This document shows positions 12,001 through 24,000 of a DNA stretch of 64,000 nt, in pieces. Under the pieces are notes generated by a model. It saw only the letters and a program-made list of their open reading frames with translations. It did no database searches and was not told where the DNA came from. The DNA is from Antedon mediterranea. Lineage: Eukaryota; Animalia; Echinodermata. The stretch's first letter is position 1, and every line of letters starts with the position of its first letter. The stretch is from NCBI RefSeq assembly GCF_964355755.1, contig NC_092680.1, positions 7,130,001 to 7,194,000 of the forward strand. The letters run 5' to 3'. Made by a program: the position numbers and the translations under genes.

Positions 12001-15000
12001 AAAAGAAAAATTACCATTCCTTCAAATTACGGTATTAAAACTGTATTCTCTTGATTAGTAGCTAAATAGACCCTAAAATAGTAATTTAGTACAGCAGTTA
12101 CCCTCCTCCTGCTGAGCGTGATGGTGGTGGGATGTAGTCTCTATTAGCATTACGAGGTTTAGCTGATGCTAATTTCAGCAGATGCCGCCATTCTTCCTCC
12201 CATTCCTCTTCTGAGAATACCAAACCAGACTATATGTTTAAGAAAATCATGAAAATAATTTCATAGAGTTAAAATTAGGTTATTATTAATTATTATTATT
12301 TAATTAAATTTAGTAAAAAAAAGAGTCCTGGGTTCAAGCCCAATTAGTGTAAGGATTTTGACAAATTATAACTCCACCCTCAAAGACTTTGTTTATGTAG
12401 AGCATCTTGTCTATATGTTTGTCTTTGCCACCTTTAAGAAGGATAAGTGAATGAATTTGCTTAAATGGTTATCCTTGATAATTTGCCTAAATATTATAAA
12501 AAAAAAATATTTTCTGAATGTTGCATTTAAACAAAACACTGAACATAGACAAGTAAAGATCTGTCTACACAATCAAAGTTTATGTGACAAAAAAAATGTG
12601 ATGTGCCCATGTATATGGACATGATGATGTCATAGCACTACCATATTTAGTAATATCACTACCATATTTGGGCACATCTTTTGGTAGTGTAGACAGTGAT
12701 TCAGAATTATGTTTTTATAAGCTACCTCTTTATTAGTTTGCATCTGTTGCCATCTCCATCTACGCTTTAACTTCTGCATAAACCTAGAATCCTGATTGTC
12801 AGTCAGTGCTTTGTATAATGACTTCCTTAAGGTTAACAGACGATCATGGAAGCCCCACATACCTAATACAAACAAATCATTAACATATAAACTCAATATA
12901 GCAGGCTTTATGTGACAAAAAAAATGTGATATGCCCATATATGGACATGATGATGTCATATCACTACGATATTTGGGCATATCGCTACCATATTTGGGCA
13001 CACCACACATTTTTTGTTAAACTAGTTTGATAGTGTAGACAGAGCTTAACACATCAAATTGTTCACAATCTTGATAAACCTTGAATTTAATGTTTGAAAC
13101 ATATCATCATAGTGGAAGCCCAGATCTACTGTAAAACATATCATCATAGTGGAAGCCCAGATCTACTGTAAAACATATCATCATAGTGGAAGCCCAGATC
13201 TACTGTAAAACATATCATCATAGTGGAAGCCCAGATCTACTGTAAAACATATCATCATAGTGGAAGCCCAGATCTACTGTAAAACATATCATCATAGTGG
13301 AAGCCCAGATCTACTGTAAAACATATCATCATAGTGGAAGCCCAGATCTACTGTAAAACATATCATCATAGTGGAAGCCCAGATCTACTGTAAAACATAT
13401 CATCATAGTGGAAGCCCAGATCTACTGTAAAACATATCATCATAGTGGAAGCCCAGATCTACTGTAAAACATATCATCATAGTGGAAGCCCAGATCTACT
13501 GTAAAACATATCATCATAGTGGAAGCCCAGATCTACTGTAAAACATATCATCACAGTGGAAGCCCAGATCTACTGTAAAACATATCATCATAGTGGAAGC
13601 CCAGATCTACTGTAAAACATATCATCATAGTGGAAGCCCAGATCTACTGTAAAACATATCATCACAGTGGAAGCCCAGATCTACTGTAAAACATATCATC
13701 ATAGTGGAAGCCCAGGTCTACTGTAAAACATATCATCATAGTGGAAGCCCAGATCTACTGTAAAACATGAAGTGTGTAGAAACCCTCTATATTCTGGATT
13801 CTTTGTATTTTCTCAAAATTTAGAGAGGAGAGGTAAGGTGAAAACAAATTATTGAATCCTTCTTTGGCACCTAGCCACCATATATTTATATAATATAATA
13901 CTACTGCACTTTACTGCACAAAAATTAATATTTCTAGTACATCACTAGGCAGTTTAAAATGTCTTCTATATTAATATAACATATTGATGTATAAATAGTG
14001 AATGTATATTTTTAAATCAAGTCTCTGTTTCAAACTCTGGCAGACAATAAAACACAAGTGTTTAGTATGTAGACTAAAACAGTAGCTTACCAAGAGAGGC
14101 AGCATGCAACAGACAGTTACCATCTCCTGTTGTTGCCATTGGCCACAATACCTGCAGGATGCCTAACCACCAATTTAGACGTTCTGTAAAAAGATAGAGA
14201 AGTACAGTAAGTAAGCCGTTGCATTACATAAAGAAAATATACCTAATACCACACAATATATTGCTAGTGTGCTCACATCATTATATATAGATTTCTATTA
14301 TTATATAGATGGTATAACAACAAAACCCTAATAATGTAATAAATTTAAAGTACATTAATAAAAAAAAAAAGCAATTAATGACCAAAATATTATTATCATT
14401 GCATAAAATACTCATTTAAAAAGAAAAAAAAACACATTTTCATTGTAAAAATCTTCAATGTCTGGCCAAAATCATCTTATTTGTCTTTAAAAATGCAAAT
14501 TACCAGATTTACAAAATCGCCTAAACCATTGGTAGATTTAACACATAACATTTTTGCATTTTTTTTCAAAAAATTATATTATTATTTTCATTATAATTAT
14601 TTCATTATTATAATTCTATCTGAATTAAAATCTATTCACAATGTAGTTCTAAATTTTAAAACATAATCTTTTTAATGCTCAAACTCAATTTATCATTTCT
14701 TAAATTAATCTATCCGTATTCATACCATACACAACAAATTGTTTTTCAATCTATTAAACTGAACATTTAAAACAAACTTACTTTTTTAGATCCATTCACA
14801 ACCACAAACAACAAAATTTATTTTATGCCAGTCATTTTTATACACGTACTGTATGAGCACATACTGTACATAACTGAACTATTGCATATTTATTTTACAA
14901 CAGTAAAAACAATCTGTATTGATCATATGCTTTTCCATTGATGTGTTGTCAATATTTTATCAGTTACAATCACTCATAAAAGGATGGAGCCTATCCTAAC

Positions 15001-18000
15001 ACCTGAACAATAGGACTCAAAATATACACATTGATTTCATATCTCTTTCTTTGTGTCCTGGTACAGGCAACATTAAACCAGTAAAGAAAAACAAGAAATA
15101 TTAAATGACGTATAATAAAAGGACAGCAATTTCTGTGAAAGGGCTATTTGGCTGAATAATATATAAATAGTATAATAATTACAAAGATTTATTAGCTCAA
15201 AGGTGAACATACTCTACTATCATGCATGCTGGCCCAATTCATTGTTTTCTTGTTATTTTAAGTCTAAACTACTATCTAAAGGATTCAATGATGGTTGACA
15301 ATTGTTCCTGGTTTAATATTATTATATTATTATTATTATCATCATTATTATTATTATACAGTACAATATTACCTTGTACAACCATCATATAAATTGAACA
15401 AAAAAATCAATAAGTAAAAGAGGATTACTAAATGATATTACTACAGTAATCAAAACAAGAGGTAGATTTGACAAACGCGTTGGCCTTGATTAAAAACATG
15501 CCATACACACTACTCGTAAACCAATTCATATTTCTGAAATGTATGCAACACTAATAGAAAACTGTATCATCAAAAACATTAGTATTTTTGGAGATGGCTT
15601 GCCTAACTCTGAATTAGTTTAGACCTCCTTCCCCTATTGCACCAAATGTTCACCAATACCCCTTTCAAAACTCTGAAGATTATTTATATCATACACCCTA
15701 GGGTGTCAAGAGGGGTGCTTTGCTTGATGTGTACCTTGTTGTGTGTACGTGTAAACTCTGAAGATTATTTATATCATACACCCTAGGGCGTCAAGAGGGG
15801 TGCTTTGTTTGATGTGTACCTTGTTGTGTGTACGTGTAAACTCTGAAGATTATTTATATCATACACCCTAGGGCGTTAAGAGGGGTGCTTTGTTTGATGT
15901 GTACCTTGTTGTGTGTACGTGTAAACTCTGAAGATTATTTATATCATACACCCTAGGGTGTCAAGAGGGGTGCTTTGTTTGATGTGTACCTTGTTGTGTG
16001 TACGTGTAAACTCTGAAGATTATTTATATCATACACCCTAGGGCGTCAAGAGAGGTGCTTTGTTTGATGTGTACCTTGTTGTGTGTACGTGTAAACTCTG
16101 AAGAATATTTATATCATACATCCTAGGGCGTCAAGAGGGGTGCTTTGCTTGATGTGTACCTTGTTGTGTGTACGTGTAAACTCTGAAGATTATTTATATC
16201 ATACACCCTAGGGCGTCAAGAGGGGTGCTTTGTTTGATGTGTACCTTGTTGTGTGTACGTGTAAACTCTGGAGTTTTGCTAGGTGATGCAGAACTTAGAA
16301 GTGGTATGAGTATTTGTTCTGGGGTGGAGCTAGAACACGTAACTAACCATGTAAAATGTGTTCTTAAATTCTTTATTCCCTCTGACAAAATTTTATTGAC
16401 AATCGATTTTAATATGAAGCAACTTAGAAAGTACTGTATAAGCTGGAGGTCGGAACTGCTATTGTATGGCTCCAGAGGAGCTGCTTAGAGAAAGCCAACA
16501 CATACTGTAGTTTGAAATACATACATTGGTTTTTTAAACCAATATGATTCAATAACAGAATATAGTCCGTTGTTTTTTACTGGAATGTTTAGAATTTATT
16601 GTAGTAAAGTATTTAAAGTTTACATCCGCTCTCATTGATCGACCATCCAAAAGCCTTGCATCACAACCTATGCCAATGGAAGAAAAATATAAAAACCAAA
16701 ACAAAAACAGAAGCACTAACCTGAACCTTTTTTGACAGTCCTAGTTGAAAGATATTAATTTTATAAATGACAACGAGATTAATTATCTACCTATGGATTA
16801 ACACCTATTGATTGCTAAATAGTACAACGGTATCCCTAATTGACAGTTGTATCCAGGTAAGAAACTAGATTGGAAATAGAGGGCGCTATTAGAAGTTCCA
16901 GAACTATGTAATAAACTCTGAATAGTGAAATGTAATTTAAAATTATTTTGTGATAAACATTTTTATCCAAGCTTTAAAATATGAAAAAAATAATGTGTAA
17001 GATTTAGTTTATGTGTGCATTAATCATGGGTTATATCATTTTAAACCAAAATATGATACATAAATCATAATATCAGTTTGTGTTGCTCTTATACACTGTC
17101 AGAAATTCTTGTTGTCATGTGATTGTACAATATATTATCATAACACTATAAGCAGCAATCATACCCCATATAAGTATGGAATGCATGAATTAAAAACAAA
17201 AAGATTTTCAGATTGAGAGTGGAAACAGGACATAAGAGTATACTGTATAGGGAACACAAACAATGTACAGTAAAATGACTTTCATCCACTGAAAGGTTTG
17301 AATGCCTTTGGGCAGTGTACTGTATGTGCATTATAGTATGATTAATCCCTTTCAACATTACCACCAAACATCTGCATGCACAATTATAATTACTTTGCCA
17401 TGAATTATCAGTGCCACAGGTTGTGACCTTTGATATAAGGTCATGATGTTTACAAGTAATGTCATACAGTACATATCAATCATTAATATGTAAAATTAAT
17501 TTTTAAAATGTATAGTATTATAATAAAGATAGCTAGAACCAGTGGCGTAACGCTAGCACTCATAAGGGGCCCAATCCAATGTTGGGTAGTTGCATTGCAC
17601 TATTAATTCTATGGGGCCCCTTAAGCCCTGGGTTTAGCCAGTGAGCGCTCATAGCTGTTACTCCACTAGCTATAACACTACTTACTTGCATTCTCTAAGT
17701 TATACATGCTAGTTGTCTCTATTAGGTCCTTCTCAAGAAAGCTCATAAAGTCATTCTTGTAGGCAGTGATGTCTGGTAAGATGAATAGGCGCAGAGGTGT
17801 CTCAATGCTTACATCATCACAATTCTTGTGACTCTCATCAAACTCTATCTGCTTCCTTGTTGTCTGCACAAGCACTACATTAGCCTTTGAAAAACCTCTT
17901 GTTAGTTTTAATTGAGCTGGTGAAAAAAAAAGCAATTTCTAGTTTACAACCAGTGACATTGTAGCTGATATCTGTAATTTTTCAATTTGTATGCATGAAT

Positions 18001-21000
18001 TGTGATACTAATTCACAGTTTGTTTTTCACAGTATAATAAATTAATTTTAACACTAATATTGAAAGAAAATATTAACTACATCAATCTTGGTTAAAATAG
18101 TATTGCAATGCAGTCTAATAAAATAATTGTTACAAATTGGATTGCCATAAGAGGACATGAATATCAAACGATATTATTGCTATGGTAAGAGAATAAGGCA
18201 TATCTGAGAACAACTAATATACTTAGGCAAGATACTTTACTCTCATTGACTCGTCCTTCAAATGAGATGTAAAGCCATTGGTCTTATACAATGTAAAAAG
18301 TGAACAATAATACTTACGGTGTGGTGTCTTTTTGTTTTTGTTTCCATCACCGTCAATGTGAATTGTTGTAGTGTCTGTTTTTCCATTCGGATTGCCAATG
18401 TTTTCAGTTGATCTTACAAATTTTTTGGTTTCCCATGTTGGAATCTGTTTGTTTGGTTTCATAAAATTGTAGTCTGCTTTAGCTGCCTCATAGTTCCAGT
18501 TTTTACCTAAAAAAGATATCAAAAAATAAAATAAGTATAAATACTGTATATAAAAATATAAAATATTTTTCTTATCAATTACAGTCACAAACCACAAGTT
18601 AATTTGAAAATTACAAGTTGGATACTACAGTACGCTTACTAATAAAATTGCTTAATCTACTGTAGTGTTCATTTTTTCATGAAGTAGATAGGTAAAGTCG
18701 AAAACTGAAGCCATGGTGCCCATCTCCATTTCATTTAGCAATTGGGCCACATCCCACTGTATTGAGCTTGAACCCAAAACCCAAAATTGCAAGTCCAATG
18801 TTCTAACCACTGCGCCAGAGTGTCCCACTACTCATGTAGACTTTATAAACAGTCATAACACCAGTAAAATACAGTACAATTTATAAGAAACAAACACAAA
18901 TGATTGTTATAAATGTTCTTAAATCTATTCTTTAAGAATTACTGTAATCTTTCTTTCACAAACAATTAAATAGGTCATTATACTTCAGCTTAAGATCAAA
19001 ACTGTCATTTCCAGTGGATCAATGTACTATAAATACATGCTGTTAATGTGCGTTATTTACAGACAAGACAGTAACCCTTGAGAATGCTTAAAACATGATA
19101 AATGAACTTTGACATAAAATCCTCAGTTTCCTATGTAATCCATAGATTTCAGAGTATGCTGCTACTACTAGCTATTATTAGTACAAAATACCCAGCCTGT
19201 GAATTACAATGGCCTAGTAGTTCATGTTAATTCATTACAGTATCCACATGTATTGGGATGTGCTGCTTCCTTTACTTGATTCCTTGACACAGTTTTGGCA
19301 TTTTATTGGTCCTGGTGATTTGTTTGTTTGTTCATTTTTATACTGGGTGACCTCTTCAGTCAAAGACTGATCTCCCAGAGGACCCAGTTGGTGATCAGTG
19401 GCTGTGATGTACTAATACACCGGGGTAACCCCCTACTCATCTCGAAAGATGTACTAGGTTCTTTAAAGTGCACACGAGCTAGTTGTGTACACTGGACCTA
19501 CGGTTTATAGTCCTTATCCGAGAAGACTCGTTCTACCACCAGAACAATGGAGTGAGTGAGCCTCGAACCCTTGCCGATGTTATGGCAACGTAATTACGGT
19601 TCCACTGTCTTAACCGCTCGGCCACTCACTCACACTCACTGATGGTATGGGTATGTGTAGGTTCTAGGCCATTGCAAATCGAAAACCCCATAAAGCTCTG
19701 TGTACATTTCTCTATCAAACTGTATGTGACAACAAAAATGTGATGTGCCCATATATGGACACGATGATATTATATCACTGGGCACATCAATCACACTTTT
19801 TTTGTAAAACTGGTTTGATAGTGTTGCCTGAGCTTAAGGAGTATTTTGTATGGTATCACTATTACAGTAGTACAGTACCATTATAGATGGAAACTGAAAC
19901 ATAAACTCATTTAATAGACATTGTAAAGGCGCTTTTGTATAGTTTAATAATTAAGTATGAACATTTTGCTCTAACATACAGTAGTACATGAAACAAGGCA
20001 CATAATTAATACTGTATGCTTAAGATAAGATTAGAAAATAAACTGTAGATTTGAATTACATTTTTATATAGCACACATCCACTGAAAGTGCTCAAGGCGC
20101 TGTCACAACACTACTGTCCTACTGTTACGCCCGTATTCTTAAACCGGACTTTAGTCGTAGTTCGAGCTAAAACTAAAAAAATGACGTCATTTTAATTCAT
20201 AAACCGAACTTCAATTAAATCGCCGACTAATTCAGGCCAACCTCGACTAAATCGAGACGGATTTTGATCGATTTTTTTAGTCCTGGAGGGGGCAGGCTAA
20301 ATGGTCGACTAAATGGTTTTTAAACGATGTTTATGAAAAACGTAACAGTCATTGAGTTGTTATATTGGCCAGATATTGAAGAATGAAATATCTATTTTTA
20401 TATTAGCTTAATTAAATATACATTGGTATATGTTATAATAATGAAAATCTTCTTTATTTACAACTGTATACAAATTACATAATTTTCTTCGCGCAAGTCC
20501 GACTTCAACTACGTCACACCATAGCGACAATGGCAGATGCGGAAATTCACCACGCGATGGAATGTTTAGGGGGCCTAGCGCTTTCTTGTCACGCTATGAT
20601 GTGCGTGGTTCGTCGCCATCATACTTTGTTGGGGGCCTAGAAAATATAAAAGTTACCGTACCGCCATGGTTCCTAAATATATTTTTAAGATTTTGTTTTT
20701 TGTTAATCTAAAGTACTTCACTGTTAAATTAATACTGATCTTGTTCTAATAATTAACGATCAAAATTATTTTTCATGTATAGTCCTGATGCGTAAAAAGT
20801 GTTGTAAGAAAATGGAAAGTGATATCAATGCACAAAATTTCGTCTGCTCCTCAAATACTCTCTTGTCATTGGCCAATGTATAGCCTTTGTTATCCAGACG
20901 TGTGCAACTCGACTAAAAGCTCGACTTCATTAAGTCGAACTGCAAACTTCGACTACTTCGTTTTTTAATCGAATTTGAAGTAATAGCTCGAACTACGACT

Positions 21001-24000
21001 TTTTCAAGTCGAACTTCGAACTACGACTAAAGTCCGGTTTAAGAATACGGGCGTAAGTCAGTTTCAGATTTCTTAAAGCATCTCTAAACAAGTGTTGAGA
21101 TTTTGGTTCAAGTCATTGAAACATTATATAATCATTTGTTGTGTAAAGTAGTTTACAAAAGAGTATTAATGTACATACAATTCTATAAATACTTGATTAA
21201 ATGAACTGTTACTAGTTAACTGGGTCATAAAATTCAATAAATAATTTATTATTCAATACATCTCAACTTAGAGACGCAATTACCAACATTTTCTTTACTA
21301 ATGACATCATACACAGTTAATAAAAGTACATAATCTTTCCAATTACCATCCGTACAGTAATATTAGACACATTTGAACAACAAACAATCTCTAGCAAATA
21401 AAGTCATGACTAAATATTGCACAAAATTCAATGACCCTTTAGTGTTCAAAGATATATTGATTGTCCTTATAAAATCAACTTTGAATAGGGCATTTTGTAG
21501 TTAAAGACCCCTTCCCTACAATTTTGGACGTTTTTTGGAAAATAATACATATATATCACTTTAAAAACATTAAACCATGTCATTCCTTGTCTTAAATGTA
21601 CGTTTTATGGTAAATTATGATAAAAAGTGAGAAACAATGCACTACCTAAGTAGCTCGCGGCGATCGACCTCTCGTGGACGGTCTTAGGCCTAGCCTAGCT
21701 AGGCTTAGTTTTGTAGGCCTAGCTGGTAAACATCGGTAACGTACGAACATCGTACGCTACCTATATACCTAGCCTGACGTTGTATAGTTGCTGCATTAAT
21801 TGTCTTTCTATTTTTGCCAGACTCCGTTGATACAAATTGGGGAAAACCCGGTATTTTCGCTGAAAAGTTAGGAGTCTTCCATTTGTTTTGGCCTCACGAT
21901 CGATCGAAAAGTGGGCGAATTACAGGTGAAAAACAAAAATATCAATCCGCGCGCAATGCATTTTGGGATTTATAGCGGGCCGCTATAATTATTAGAATCG
22001 ACTTATTTTTCACATTTTTAACCGTTTAAAGACGAAAAAAGTTATCGCAATAGGATCATATAGTATTATTTTTACATTAAATATAGTTTGTGATCTTAAA
22101 TTAGATCTAAAAAACGTAGGGAATGGGGCTTTAATATAACTGTGCCAAAAAACTCCCAAAAATGTGCTTATTTAAAAAAAAAAAAGTTTACTACTTTTTC
22201 TATTTTAAATTAAGGTGCTTACAATATCAGGACAATAATTTCAAAGCATAAAACATAACATTAAAATTGCCTTAACAAACACTTAATTCTTATTAATTAT
22301 TATTTATAAATATACTGTACAGTGTAAATAAATATCAGTATGTCTGTATAGGAATTGCTCTTTCTAATTTAAAGAAAAAACCATTCAATTTCCTATTCAT
22401 GCAGAGAGATCAAACAAGGACACCTATCAACAATGGGCCAAACCACCACATAAGAATTCCTTTCATAAGCACAGTGTTTGACAATGAGTATCAATGGGTT
22501 TTTTTTCTTTTTTTGGATGATTACTCAATGACCAATTCTGTAGGAATTCTACCCGTGCACATCATGGGGCTACTCCCTGTGAATCTATACAATTTCAGTT
22601 TCATGTGAAAACATACGGTGATCGTGCGTTTAGTGTCTGTGCTCCATCTATATGGAACACTCTTCCGATTAACATCAGGAAATCAAAATCTACAGACTTG
22701 TTTAAAAGGCATCTGAAATCATATTTATTTCAACAAATTTACGAGTGCTAGCAGTTCTGGCGTTGCGTCTTAGAACTTATCTTTTTGGAAAGAATTCGGC
22801 ACATTATAAATATGAATTGAATGACCCTCGTACAATACAAATTACTGATATTTTTCATTATTTTTCCTTTTTAGCCTTTTTCTTTTTATTTTTTTCTTAT
22901 TATCAGTTGATTTTTTAAGTAATTTTCAATAATTGTTAAAGGATTTCTGGATAATTTGTGGTTATTATGGTAACAACGTAATATTGTTTAAAAAAGCTTG
23001 CATAATGAAGAAACGCAGGAATGTAAGGTTTGTGGTATATATCATGTAATTTCCTTAAAGGATGTTTAGGTGAGGTTGACAAGAGATATTCCTAACTTTA
23101 CATCCTCTAGAGGAAATTACTGTACATAGTGTAGTACCGCAAATCATTAAATTAACTACAATAATAATAGGTTAATGGTATTTCCAGTTTTTTGGTCATA
23201 AAATAACAAGACAATCATTCAAATTATATTAGTCCAGAATTTAATTGAATTAGTCAGCATCATAAAGTTTTTGCACTATTTTTAATTCAACACTTGCAAT
23301 GAATTGATAAGATATTTATTAAGTTATTAAGAAATCAAATTATTAATTTTGGTAATTTAAATAACCATTGACATACTGTATAATCAAATTGCAGACTAAA
23401 ATCCATTAGCAAACTTTTGCTAATTTATCTGAACTAGTTTACCACCATTTTTTTCAAAAATTACAACTAGTTTAGAAATATCCAACTTTTTTTTAATGAA
23501 AAATATATTTATTACTAGCAAATTGCTAGTTTGCTGGGGAGGAATTTCGAGGACAGACATGTTATGTTTTTGTAGACATCAAAGCCATATATTTTAGTCC
23601 ACAGTACGAGTTTTAATTCAATAAGAACAGTAATTAGTCATGTCATCATGAAGTTTTGGCATTATTTCCAATAGTACAGTATGTTTGCAATGAATTGATT
23701 AAGCTACTTTAAGTATATGTTATTATAATTCAAATAAAACTAAAATGATTAATTGCAGGATTCATAAGGCAGTAAGAAAAAATATATTTAACTGACATCC
23801 AAGATTTATCAAAAGAAAAACCTGAAAACTGCAATAGTAAAGCCCTGTCTACACTATCAAACTAATTTGAAAAAAAAAAGGTGTGATTTGCCCAAATATG
23901 GTAATGATGTTGCCCAAATATGGTAGTGATATGACATCATCATGCCTATATATGGGCACATCACTTTTTTTTGTCACATAGAGTTTGATAGTGTAGACAG

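Noticed and set aside
12630-13010. 126-aa ORF as a standalone gene
   Set aside because: Only 12862-12726 is a true OTUD7 exon. The rest is read-through into flanking MITEs.
13097-13768. CRISPR-like appearance of a 37-bp repeat
   Set aside because: Units are head-to-tail with no unique spacers, there are no cas genes, and the context is a eukaryotic intron.
16194-16488. Short ORFs at the end of the 85-bp array
   Set aside because: They derive from repeat sequence and have no splice or homology support.
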